This document shows, one piece after another, positions 37,786-50,821 of a stretch of DNA of 64,000 nt. The stretch comes from Callorhinchus milii (taxonomy: Eukaryota). Positions within the stretch are counted from its first letter, which is position 1. Each line of letters opens with the position of its first letter. The notes beneath the pieces were generated by a model. The model was given only the letters and a program-made list of their open reading frames with translations, was not told the origin of the DNA and did not search any database. The translations under genes and the position numbers were made by a program. The stretch lies in the NCBI RefSeq assembly GCF_018977255.1, contig NW_024704743.1, positions 57,290,001-57,354,000 on the forward strand, given 5' to 3'.

Positions 37786-37795
37786 TGATGACATA
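37431..37795 (-). mobile_element. SacSINE1/Deu-like SINE
   Basis: Head gtggctcagtgggtagcactcttgcctctgagt-like, Deu-like core and (TTA)n tail. Confidence 0.75.
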
Positions 37796-37895
37796 TTTTA
37801 ACTGTACCACTTATATGTTTTGTTGTCTTGTGGCTTGCACTCAATTGGGCAAACAAGACCTCAAAGTATGTACCTTGCTATAATTATAATATGTA

Positions 37896-38048
37896 ACAAT
37901 AATATTCCTTGCATTTGATATAGCACCTTATCATGTTGATGAGATGTCTCAAAGCGCTTCACAGAATATACTGTGAAGTGTCTGGAAATCGAACCCAGGT
38001 CCTCTCGCTTGTGAGGTGAATGCTCTAACCAATACATTACAGGACTCC
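37896..38048 (-). mobile_element. Internally deleted mini-SINE (tRNA head joined to tail)
   Basis: The GGAGTCCTGTAA...GGTTCGATTTCCAGA head is followed directly by cacttcacagtatattctgtgaagcgct and the tail. Confidence 0.8.
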
Positions 38049-38148
38049 ATATAATAAGTGATAATATGTAATACCAGCTATCCACCTTGATTGATATGCA
38101 GAAACGTAATCAGCTGCTGCTCAAGCTCCACACCACCATCTTTCTGGA

Positions 38149-38427
38149 GAGAGAGTATGCATTCCATTCCAGATACAGGTAAGTTTCCATGTGTAGGTGG
38201 AGATTCATGGATACTCTTAAGCATGGTGATGGGTTTCCGCATGTGTCAGACACACTGGCTGACCAAAAAAAAATGTGTAGATGGTATGATTTTTTGGGCA
38301 GCCATGTGTCCAAAACATGCAGAAACCCGTCACCATGCTTAAGAGTATCTTAACCAGATTGAGCATTCCAAATATCTCACCTACACATGGAAATTTCATT
38401 GTTTGGAATGAAATGAGCACTCTCTCC
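38149..38427. repeat. Long imperfect inverted repeat (fold-back)
   Basis: Core arms 38210-38270 and 38290-38349 are reverse complements, and the outer arms extend the pairing. Confidence 0.9.
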
Positions 38428-38558
38428 TGGTCCATCCTGTTTACCGAATTCCAGAGAGTATTAAACATAGATTGTCAAGTACCTAGGCTTGAAAACCCCA
38501 TTGAAATCCGAGGTTTTCTCAGTTGGTCTATCTGGGAGTTTGAGTCCTAAGTGTCCTA

Positions 38559-38762
38559 AATGTCCTAAGTGCTGATGCAAGTAGGTCTGTCATCACACAC
38601 TATGCTGACCCTGTCCTTCTGCTCTCAGGGTGTTTCCTGGATGTGCAATGAGTAAGGGAATGTGAGGCCTGAGCAGAATGCTGCTGCTTTCCAGACATTA
38701 TCACTTTCACAATAAATACAGCAACAACACTTCACTGTTAATGTCACTGATTTTTAAGGTCA
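38559..38762 (+). repeat. 204-bp direct duplication, copy 1
   Basis: 3 mismatches versus 40064-40267. Confidence 0.95.
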
Positions 38763-40063
38763 CTATCCTTTCGAGTTTGTTTTTTCAGAATTAGCAGGAT
38801 TTTAGTGAGAATAATACCTTCCACCAGTGCTCTAGTCTCTCCAAGTCCTACTGATGAGCCAGGCTGACTGGTTTGTTATTAGCAGTGCCCTGGAGCATTG
38901 CAGACCAAAGTGGCTCAGGAACCAAACTACCGAGACCGTCACAGAGGAATAACTTGATTCCGACATTCTCTTGCCAGTATGTCACTTTGGATCCAGCTCA
39001 GGATCCATACTTACCTCTGCACCATACAGATAGTAAGTGTAACTATCACATGACTTCTTGCAACTTTCACCCCTCAACTACTTTTCTATAGTTATATTCC
39101 ATCAAATGTAATATTTTATGAGTTCCCAAGGTCTGTTTTGATGAAGGGCTGTAAGTATCTGAAACACATCCCTATTACATTTTAATTGTCCTTTGCCAGA
39201 TCCAATTCCCCTATTACAGTAGTATTTTGTAGCCTAATTTTGAATCCAATTTTCCACTTCCTTACTCCCGCCTATCACCAGAGTTGACAAATCACCCAAG
39301 TGGCTACAAATATGATTAGAGATTTTCTGGATGCTGCAGTTCAAGGAGATTCTTCTTTAATGCGCTGTCTCTAATAGCATCTTGCGCATTTCTGTGAAAA
39401 ATACACCTATAAAGGGATATAAATATATATAAAAGTGTACTGATCCTTTAAGAGTAGTCATGTGTAGAATGCTCATTATGCTGACACAGACTAAATAATT
39501 TGAGCGTGTTCTTAAGTAGGTGGGGCAAAAGGCAAGTAGAACTCTGCCTGGATTGTGATAGGAAGTCAAGTATCTGGAGGTCTGTCTTAGCCCAGGAAAC
39601 CACTCCATCGTGAAATTTGTACTGCACAGAATTGAGGAAGCCCCCCCCCCCCCACACCAACCCCAATTCAGTTTAAATTTAAAAGTCGGTCTGTATTATT
39701 TAAATGAATTAAGACCATATCCAAGAATTTTCCACAACCCTGCGCCATCTCAAACCCCAAGATAAAATGATCTATCAGGCTAAAACCACCACAACTTATT
39801 TATATAGCTTGGATTAAAGTCTCCTCCAATGCATAACATCACCAATAATACAGCATTCCCATATTTATGTATTAGGAGGGACTGTAGAGTCTGTATTCTG
39901 AAAGGATGAGATCAAAGGGCTGAAAGGCCTCCTTCACCCTCTCTGGTGATCTTGTAGTGATCTATACTGGAGTATCAGCCTAAACTTGGAGCTCCAAACC
40001 TCAATACAGAGCTTGAATCAGCAACCTTCCAACCCAGAGGACAAGTGCTACCAATTTACCCAG

Positions 40064-40267
40064 AATGTCCTAAGTGCTGATGCAAGTAGGTCTGTCATCA
40101 CACACTATGCTGACCCTGTCCTTCTGCTCTCAGGGTGTTTCCTGGATGTGCAATGAGTAACGGAATGTGAGGCCTGAGCAGAATGCTGCTGCTTTCCAGA
40201 CATGACCACTTTCACAATAAATACAGCAACAACACTTCACTGTTAATGTCACTGATTTTTAAGGTCA
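40064..40267 (+). repeat. 204-bp direct duplication, copy 2
   Basis: 3 mismatches versus 38559-38762. Confidence 0.95.
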
Positions 40268-42104
40268 TCTCTTTGAAGTTTGGACTTGGAAATGGTTTAT
40301 TTCTATTGGAGTCAAGAGTCTAATTTCCTGTTACTTGAGGTACCAAGTCACAATAACCGCAATTGAAATGAATTTGCTTGAAACCAAAATATCACCGCCA
40401 ATGAGGTTTCAGGTACTGGGAGCAGTGGCTGGCAATCGAAAGAGTTTTATTGCAGGCAACTAAGCGTAAATCAGTGCTCTTCCATTACAGATGGACCATA
40501 TCAGCAAGAATGCAATCATTGGCAAATCTCTCAGGTAAAACTGGCACTAGCTTCGCATTCTGATAATAGTGGAGCATCAACATGTAACTTCTGGGCTCTC
40601 ACCCGTTGATATAGTGGAATGTAAAGCGTGATAGTTCCAGTGGGATCCGGGAGGTGTGTCCATTTGTAAATCAAATTATTAAGGAATCCCATCTGAACTC
40701 ACTGCATTTTTGACCCCATTGTGTGCCTTTTCATGAATAATTCTTCAGTCAAATGCCTGGAAACCCGGAAACACACCTCGAAAAGGTATCTCACGTAATA
40801 ATAAGCATCCTTTGAAACAGAGCTTCATCATATTGCCAAAACGTCTCAAAGCACATAACAGGATTTAGTGTAAAGTGTAGTGACTGTGCATTTGTAAGTG
40901 AACATGTTACATACATTACCTCACTGCATTGTTACCCACTTGTGTTTGAAAGGGTCCCTTTATACAGTGCTCTTCCATTACAATGGTCTTTCTGTCCTTT
41001 GCTCACCCTTGATTCGCACAAAATAGGACTTGTTTTTCAGGTAGATGACAATTTCCTAAATAAAAAAAAGGTTTCCAGTTTCTATTTCATAATGTTACCA
41101 GTGTTTGCTTATGGACTTTGTAGACTTTACTTACTTTAATATTAGGTGCTCTCGATTCACATTGAATATTAAAAACCCTTGTGTCAGATCCCATGAGCTG
41201 ACCCATAATTCACATAGATTACTTTTGAACTTGTTCCATTTTCAACCAATTTATCTGAGATTGTGTACTGGGGTGCTGTAATATGAATTGGCCATCAAAG
41301 AGAACATTCTGCTTGTTTTTAAATGTGCTTACAAATGAATCTATATAATATTCCCATTACCATAATTTAAACACTTAAAGTGATACGTGTACTTTTTAGT
41401 GTTTCAAAGCTTTACCGTTTGAGCCGTAAATAAAAATGAAACTTAAAACAGCCTGTGGTTAATATATTATAAAAAAACTATCAAATTCTGGGAGAGCCAA
41501 ATTGAATCATTTGTATTGGTTTCACCACACTAGCTGAAAGACCCACAAGAGAAATTATGTAGGTTTGAGAGCCAGCTGAAACAAGGTTACACGTGCTGTT
41601 CATGCTTGTGTTAAAACAGCTCTTCAAGAAATTGTGGTGAAGAAATGGGAAAGCAAAGGTCAACAGGAATTGCAACTAACATATTGAAAATGCAATATGT
41701 TGAATCACAATTATTCAACCAATTTATTCAGTGAGCAGTGGAGAAAGTACCAGATTTATTTCTTGATCTGTACTGAGTTAACTGTTCTCAGCCAAAGCCA
41801 CGTTTAGGATGTTGCAATTGGCCTCACAATCCCAGGTTAGCAAGAGAAAATCAGATGTGGTTCTGACTCTCAGTGACCTCTACTGGAGACTCAAGATGTT
41901 TGTACTAAGACTCACTGCCAAGGTGAAGAATGGTCACTCAGGCTAAATCCCAAAGGATGTCCATGAAACTGTACCTCAGTAACAAGAAAGATACTCAAAT
42001 GTCCTTAGGAGAGAAGGGGAGTTTCATTTTGTGATCTGTTCACTGTATTGCTATATATAGCAAAAATCAATTTAATAAAGTTTCCCATTAGAAGATGTGG
42101 AAGC

Positions 42105-42510
42105 ATTTGTGGTTCCCTATTCCAGAATGGATCATCTTAAAGATCCTCACATTTACTTACAAGTCACTTCATACCCTGGAACCTCCTAGTTCTTTGGCTT
42201 GCTTACACCCCATTCCATTACCCGCCCCCTTCGCTGAGCTGGCTCTGGCCTTCCACATGTCTCTTGTACCCTCTGCTCCACAATCAGTGGCCGTGCTTTC
42301 AGCCACTGCCCAACAACTCTGTAACTCTGCCTCAATCCCTCCACCTTGCCCCCCTCCTTTCCTGCCTTTGGATCGCATCCGAAGATCTTCATCTTTGAGC
42401 ATGCATCCCCTCCCCTCTCTCCCAGTTCGATGTCAAGCTCCGCCACTATTAAGCACTCGGATATGCTATTTGTGTGAAGGGCATGTATAAATGCAAGTTG
42501 TTGTTGTTGG
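42105..42510 (+). mobile_element. L2 3' fragment
   Basis: HLWFPIPEWIILKILTFTYKSLHTLEPP peptide and tgtgaagggcatgtataaatgcaag(TTG)n tail. Confidence 0.82.
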
Positions 42511-43549
42511 TAATATTTATTTCCTTAGACAAGCTTCCTGGTAACATTATATTTCATTAAAATATTATCATCATCATTACACAGTGATAACTAAATCAGT
42601 CACATTTATAGAATATGTCGTAATGTTTGTGACGATTGCAATACTTTGGCTTTTGATTTGGGATTCTTTGAAACAACCTTGAAATGATATTTGAAAAATT
42701 GTATTGATTTCTAGACGAATCACATAGAGTAACAAACTGAAGAGCAGTCGAGAGATGATTTTATTCGTTTCTTGGTCTCTGTGAGTTTTGTTTTGCATTA
42801 TCAAAGGCTATTTTTTATACAGAATTCATTAAAAATGCAGCCTACTTTGAATAGTTTCATGTTATGCAATATTAAATAAATCAATAGGGCTCTGAAAAGC
42901 TAGTCAGCTTTATTTTATAATGTTTCCATCAATTTTCTTAACAAATGAACAGAAAATTAGGTGATGCTGACATTATCTGAAACTCCCCAAATTGCTGATC
43001 AGCAAAAAGACTAGCACTTGTTTAACCCCGCACTTCTATTTTGTTTCCATTCCTTCTGAATTTTACTTGGATACCTTCGTTTTGCAATGAACAAAATGAT
43101 CTGTATCTAAATCTTGATTTTGACTAGAAAGCAAATAAGTTAGGGGAAACAAATACAATTTCAAATGAAAATGGAATTATATTATCTATGAGCTGTTGAA
43201 CTAATGTAGTCAATGTTTTTGGAAAAAGAAACATTGGGCTAATATTTTTGGTATTCCTGAACTTAATTGTGTTCCTTAATTTTCCCCCAATGTGTTTTAA
43301 ATGATGCTCACCATAGCCATTTCAGCTATTCTGCCCCACTCTGGTTCCCTCACCTTTTTCCAAGGTCCTTCTCAAGAAGTACCTCAGCACTTTTAATCAT
43401 TTTCCCACCACCCCCGCTTGGTTCACAACCCCAGGCTGGGTGCCGAAAAAAATAAATGTAAAAAAAATATAAACTTATAATGTAACCTAGTTATCTGTGG
43501 GATAAACGAAAAACTTGTAAGTTGATCCTTCAAAAGCATTGCAAATAGG

Positions 43550-43800
43550 GGGACTGAGCAGCGCAGCAACTCAGATTAATGTCCTTTCACTTCTGACATC
43601 TAATCCAACTAAAACATCATTTCTCTGATGGCTGCAAGAGTTCTCGATGAAATGAGTTTGACCAGTCTCTCATCAGTTCCCATTCAGAAGAGGGATACAG
43701 CGCAAAGCTGCCCATTATTTTTTTACTGAGAACCTAGTTAAAGGATCATGGCCCAGAGTGCACCAACGGAAAAATGTGCAAGTGCATGTGAAGATGGGAA
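43550..43800 (+). mobile_element. Ancient LF-SINE-like fragment
   Basis: cctttcacttctg...ctctgatggctg...tgaaatgagtttg..cagtctc...cagttcc resembles the recalled LF-SINE body. Confidence 0.45.
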
Positions 43801-44259
43801 CAATAACATCGAATGATGTGAAATAAAATGAGTAACTCAAGCTCAGATAGACTCAGAACCCTCTTTTTTATTATTGAAGCACTGCCATTGCTCAGATTCT
43901 TTTTTTCCTTCTTGAGAAGTTAGATGAAAGGCCAAGGCTCACATTATGGTAACCCGCTGAGCTTGAAAAGAACAACAGGAAGACAAGGCAAGAGGTTGCA
44001 CAAAGTTTGAGTTTTAAAACCTTATAAATTATCTGAAGAAGGCAAATCTGATGCGGATGAGGAGTTTCAGTCTTGAGTCTGCACCTGCTCTCTGGAACTC
44101 CATTCACAGGTCCCTCTGACTTGCTCCCTCCCTCATCTCTTTTAAGGGATAGTTCAAAACATACTTCTATGACTGCACTTTTGGTCATCTTTCCACTCCT
44201 CATTCCCCTCAGCTCCAGCCAGAATTGTTTAGCGCTTTGGAACGTCCTCCTGACATGAA

Positions 44260-44586
44260 TAATAATAATAATAATAATAATCCTTGCATTTGATATAGCG
44301 CTTTTCACGTCAGGAGAACGTCCCAAAGCGCTTCACATAACACACTGTAAAGTGAATTGACTGTATATTTGTGGGCGAACGCGGCAGCCAATTGCGCACA
44401 GCAATGTCCCACAAACAGTCGTAGATTGAAAATGAGCAATTTATTATTGTTTAGTTTTTTTGGAGGGATTATTATTAGGCTCTGTGTGGAGTAAGGAAAC
44501 TTGCCCAAGGTTTCGCCCTGCCTGGAATTGAACTCAGGTCTCTCGCTTGCAAAGCGAGCGCTCTAACAACTGAGCTACAGGACTCC
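44260..44586 (-). mobile_element. Young tRNA-Ala SINE, full length, inserted in an L2 terminal stem-loop, TSD atgaa
   Basis: The L2 tail ggaacgtcctcctgacatgaa is interrupted by the SINE and resumes as atgaaaggcattatataag. Confidence 0.92.
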
Positions 44587-44751
44587 ATGAAAGGCATTAT
44601 ATAAGTGTAAACTGTATTGTGTTGAACTGAGTTAGTTTGAGAAACAGTGCAAAGAAATTTGATTAAAATTCAGTCATTGTGGAGGGGGGAAGAAGAGGAA
44701 GGACGTGAAAAGCAACATATTGTGGAAACTGAGAATAGCAAGAACATTTAA

Positions 44752-45099
<348 letters not shown>

Positions 45100-45509
45100 T
45101 AGTGCTATATCACTTTGTTGAGTCTCAGAGCTTGTTACAACATTTTACAGTAAAGTGTAATGACTGTGTATTTGTACGCAAATGCGCCATCCAATTTGCC
45201 CCCAGCAACGTCTCACAAATAGCCAATGAAGTGAAGGATTAATTTTTGGGGGAAATCGTTGGTCAAGACACTGAGAATAACTCCCTTCTCCATGAAGGGA
45301 GTTTCTTCCAAAATGGGCAAACTGAGACACTTCTGTCAAAAGAGATTTGAAAATGTTTGTTCATAAGGGCAGTGCAGAAAGTTCGTTTTCATCTTGGTAA
45401 CTGGGGCCAGCTACACTTAGTCTAAGCCAATAAGACCTTTTTGCGTTACCGATCTAAGTGAGTGGAATTGTGGAAAATTCAATTTAGTTGGAAGATTTTT
45501 TCCAGTGTT

Positions 45510-45905
45510 AATAATAACAATAATATTCTTTGCCATTGCTGCAGTACCTTTCACATATGTTAGGATGTCTGCAAGCACTTCACAGGATTTACTGAGAAGT
45601 TGAGTGACTGTGTATTTGAACACAGCAGCCCAATAATACACAGAAAGGTCTCATAAACAGCCACAAAGTGAATGACCAATTTTATTTGGGGATTGTTGGC
45701 CAGGACACCGAGAGAAACTCCCTTCTCTTTTTGATCAGTGCCATGCGATCTTTAACGTCCACCTGAGCAGGCAGATGGAAGTTTAAAGTTTCACCCGAAC
45801 GACTGCACCTCCAGCAATATATTGCTCCACCGGATTTGTACTGGAGTGTCAAGTCTGGGGTACATGACTCAGAGGCAAGGGAACTACCAATTGAACCTGG
45901 CTGAC
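45510..45905 (-). mobile_element. SacSINE1/Deu-like SINE
   Basis: Reverse complement: tgtcagccaggttcaattggtag...gcctctgagtc...ctcaggtggacgttaaagatcgcatggcact...ggtgtcctggccaacaatcccc. Confidence 0.78.
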
Positions 45906-47036
45906 ATATAAGTTTGTACAAGCCTTCCAATTTAAGACTGAATTTAAGAATTTTCCACAATTTTGCAAGACCTTAAATTTTAAGACAAAATGTCCTTACC
46001 TACCTTCAGCTGAGGTTAAAGATTTGAGTGTTTAAGTGTTAGACTTGCTCATTGTAACTAAACATATGCAATATAAGACATTTCCCAGCCTCATTAGCTT
46101 CATGCATCTATTTAATTAATTCGACATTTGAGTCTGTTTAATCTGCTCAGCAGGCTCCTTGACTATCCAGTATGCTTCCTCTCCCTGACTGCCTGCTCCA
46201 TGTGCCCAGCCCCCCTCCCCCACCCCACTCAGGTCCTAATCCCTGACTGTTCAGCGCCTTGGGACGTCACCCCGACGTGAAAGCAGCTTTACAAATGTAA
46301 TTTTGTATTGTATTCACTTCATAGATGTTTGTACCTGGACATTGGTGTCTGGATATTAGCTGCCACATTGGCCTATAAACAGAGTTGCTGCACTTGACAG
46401 TTACTGTTGTATTGTATTTTCACTCCTTGCAAGATCATAATTAAAAGCTGGGTTGGGCACCCAGCAAAAGAAAATTTATTTTAAGAAAGAGCAAAACCAG
46501 CTCATCAACAATGTGGAAGTCAGGGAGAGGAAGCATACTGGATAGTTAAGGAGCAATTCTAGATTGGTGACATTTCACAGTGCATTCAATAATGATGAAT
46601 ATCATACGGAACATATCATAAAACATTGACATTTTCACCTCTATTTGTAAAACTATTTAAAGTTTTAAACTATATAAAACTATTTACACATAGTCTGCCT
46701 ATTTGTCTGTGACTATCTGATTTCAAACGAGCCCACAAGAGATGTGCCAGAGAGCCAGTGCTCTTCAGAAAGCATCCTAAGCAAGTATCAAATGGTATAA
46801 AGTATGAAGAACTGTTATCAGCTTACCACAGGACCTGCTGAAGTGACAGTTCTTTCAGTGCAGGAGAATGACAAATTGGGCTTTATATATATATCCCATA
46901 TGGAGTGCTGGAAAACAAATTTTAAACGGCAGGATATTTGGTGAGAAATAGAAATAGATCCCCTGTTGATTGAGCAAGGAAAGTGACTGCACTTATCAGT
47001 GACAGATGCTACAGGTGAAGCCTGAGAGACAAATGA

Positions 47037-47630
<594 letters not shown>

Positions 47631-48609
47631 TAAGTGATCCACACATGGAAATCTCTCCCTGCAAATGGAATGTGCACTCTCCCTGGGGGACCACCTTGCT
47701 TACCTAATTCTAGAAAGTATTAGGTGCTAGTTGGCGAGTGCACTGGAGTGTCTGTTGGGGGTACTCAGGAATTTTAATTAGCTAAAATTACAGAGTTTGC
47801 CATTGCAAGCATTGCCTGGCAAGCTTCCAGCTGCTTGTCCAGCTGGGAACACTCTACCCATTAGAGCTTTGGTTTTAACCCTGAAGCAGGTTTACCACAA
47901 ATTTTTGAAAATCAACTTACCAATTAACACTGAATATAAACATCCAAAATTCTGCATGATCTTGCAATCGAAACAATGGTCTTAAAGTTAAGGGTTACAA
48001 AATATTAGACCTTGCACCCTGTTTAAGTGAATTACTGGACTTCTGCACTAGCATATTCGTTACTTTCTTCAGTTTGGGCAGACGTTACTCAAGGTATTTT
48101 GACTGAGTTTGCAATTGCTGGTTTCAGGATCAAGTCTCTGGAACTTTGAATCAATTGATTTTTAATGTTGCTGCAGAACCAAGTGGATAACCAAGGTACA
48201 TATGCATCAAATTAAAAAATCGATGCAATGTACAGCTGAAAGTATAAATTTGGTTGCCCACATTGTTGCCCACAATGGGTTTGATAGAAACATTGTAAAC
48301 TCTGCCTGAAATTTTATTTATGCAGTAAAACTCACATAAGTCGTATCAGTTGGGACCAAAACATTTAATATGACTTTCATGAGGTCCGAGTTGCAAACAA
48401 ACTGTTGAAGTCGTAGAAAATCCAATTTAATCAATAATTTACACTGAGCATGGGTTATTTAATGTAGCCAATAAGTGTGCATGCGGAGTTTGTCACTGCA
48501 GCTGGTAAGTGGACATGAGATGTTGGGTTAAGACTACATTTCCCGCAATTCAGTCATCTTCACCCATCGTCGCATGCATACTTACTGCAAGCGTTGGAAT
48601 CACATTGAG

Positions 48610-48990
48610 TCACGGGAAATTAAGTTCTTCTGCGCAGGCGGTGAGAAATTCAGAACAGCGGGGCATAACCTTAAAATTAGAGCTAAGCCATTTAGGAGTG
48701 AAATCAGGAGGCAGTTTTTCAACAACAATAACAACAATAGATTACATTTGTAAAGAACCTTCTACGTTAGGAGTCCCCGCAAGGTGCTGGGACCTGACGT
48801 GAAAGGCTCTATCCTTTTCACCCAAAGATAGGGGAAATCTGGAACTGTCTCCCCCAACAGTCTGTGAATGCTGGATCCATTCAAATTTTCAAGACTGAGG
48901 TAGATAGATATTTGTTAGGTCAGGAGATTAAGGGATACAGGGCAAGGGCGGGTAATCGGAGTTGAGGTACAAATCAGTCATGATCTTATA
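48610..48990 (+). mobile_element. CR1 3' fragment with an inserted L2 tail (48722-48814)
   Basis: RTAGHNLKIRAKPFRSEIRRQFF / TQR-type end, with ttttca duplicated around the insert. Confidence 0.8.
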
Positions 48991-49032
48991 TATACGATTT
49001 ATAAAGATAAGACTTATGTAAGTTTTACTGTA

Positions 49033-49425
49033 GTAATAATAATCATTACATTTACTTTTCATATCAGAAGGATGTTTCAAAACCTCTGAAGAGATTTACT
49101 GAAACTTATAGTGACTGTAAGCAAACATGCCAGCCAATTTTAAGCACAATAATACTCCAAACAGCCAATGAAGTCAATGAACAATTTTATCTGGGAGATT
49201 GTTGACCATGATACCAGGATAAATTCACTTTTCAAATTAACTTCCACCTGAAAAGGCAAATGGGGACTCGGTTTAACATCTCATCCAAAAGATGCCACTT
49301 CTGACACTGCAGAGCTTCCCATCATTGAGTGTCAGCCTTTTCTGAGTTCAAAGTCATGACATGAGGCTTGAACCATCAACCTTCTGACTCAGAGGCAAGA
49401 GGGCTACCAGTTGAGCCAGACTGAC
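49033..49425 (-). mobile_element. SacSINE1/Deu-like SINE
   Basis: Reverse complement: tcagtctggctcaactggtagccctcttgcctctgagtcagaaggttgatggttcaag...ggatgagatgttaaaccgag. Confidence 0.78.
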
Positions 49426-50821
49426 ACGACACCTGAGAACAGAATTTTGAGGACTGTGAAAAACTGACTTCCAAATAAAATGAAATTTAAAGAACTTCCA
49501 AAATTCTGTATATTTTTAAATTTTAAGAGTGATGTTGTAAACACAGGGTATTTCAGACCTCTGATTCCTAAATGCTCTGAGACACTACTCTGCGTGGAGG
49601 GCACTATATAAGTACAAGTTGTTGTTGTTCTCAGTCATTAGACTTCTCAATTGTGCATGGCTTGGAATCCACTTCCATTTTTTCCTTTTTTCGACTTCTT
49701 TTCTATTGCACATAAATAAACACATAACAAACAAGTGGTTTTCCTGGTAAAATAATCCTTGCATTTGGTAAGATTTGTGGTGTCACTTGGTCTTAAAGTA
49801 CACCTTTTGGAGGAGCAAAATATAAAGGCATTTTGTTCCTGAGTGCTCTTGAGCACTGTGTTTTAGAGTTTTGAACACTGATAAAAATTTGTGGCAAATT
49901 CAATTTAATACCAATAACAATGGATGAAAGTTTGCATTAGGTGTCAGTAATTATGATTGGAATGCAATGTAAGAAGAGCAATCCAGCTATTCCTAGAGTA
50001 GAGCATAGTCAGGTTTATCATTGTAATGTATTCCTGTCAACCAAGGTTGTAAAGTACTTTTTACAGTGCATAGGTTCTCTAAATAGGATATAAAGATAAA
50101 AGCAGCCCGGAAATTAGGGAGCAAAAAATCTGCGTCTGAATACTCTTAAGTTAAATCATTTGCTCATTTCTCAAAACAAAATGTTTAGGCATTAAATGGG
50201 ACACGTGAATAAAATTATTATTGCAACTGAGTGACTTTGACACAAAAGCCCATTGATAATAGCTGAAAGCAGTCCCCAGTTCAAACCCTCAGAATTAAAA
50301 AAAGGCCTTAAATTAATAGATAAGCATTTTATAGCAAAATACGCTCTAACAAGAAAGGAAGGAGGATTAGCCCTCAATGTATCCTTGCAAGAGAGAAAAT
50401 GACCTGCTACAGGATCGTATTATTTACATGTGTCTCAGACCCAGCTTAGTCAGGCAGATATAAATAAAACTTTCTATCACAAGCCCAATCTGTTCAAAAG
50501 TAATATTGGACCCGCTGTTCAGTAGCATGATTTTAAGCTATTAATCAAACTGGCATTAGGTATCTCGAGGATAGATTGACCACTCTCAGCTCTGAAAGAC
50601 AAGCAGAGAAGCTATAAATTCCTCGCCAGGCTACCTCCAATCCTGCAGATGATGAAAGAGCTGACTGGCATTAGGCTGAAGAGTTGATTTGGTTCAGAGG
50701 ACTTATGATGCATTTCCTAAAGCAGGATGTGAAAGCATATAGAACAGCAACAACATTGACTGACTGCTATTTTCACCATTACGTTAGCCACAATAATAAT
50801 TTATTGTTAAATCTCTCCTAG

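Noticed and set aside
38561..40267. Possible LTR pair or TRIM (repeats start TG, end CA and contain AATAAA)
   Set aside because: No matching TSD (ctaaa vs tctct), no PBS or polypurine tract, identity extends 2 bp upstream of the TG, and the interior consists of unrelated old repeats.
48468..48504. Candidate Cys-rich 37-nt exon with a strong CTG|GTAAGT donor
   Set aside because: Poor pyrimidine tract, and it shifts frame into a TAA early in exon 4, so it cannot rescue the exon 5 frameshift. The true exon 4 is 50822-50890.
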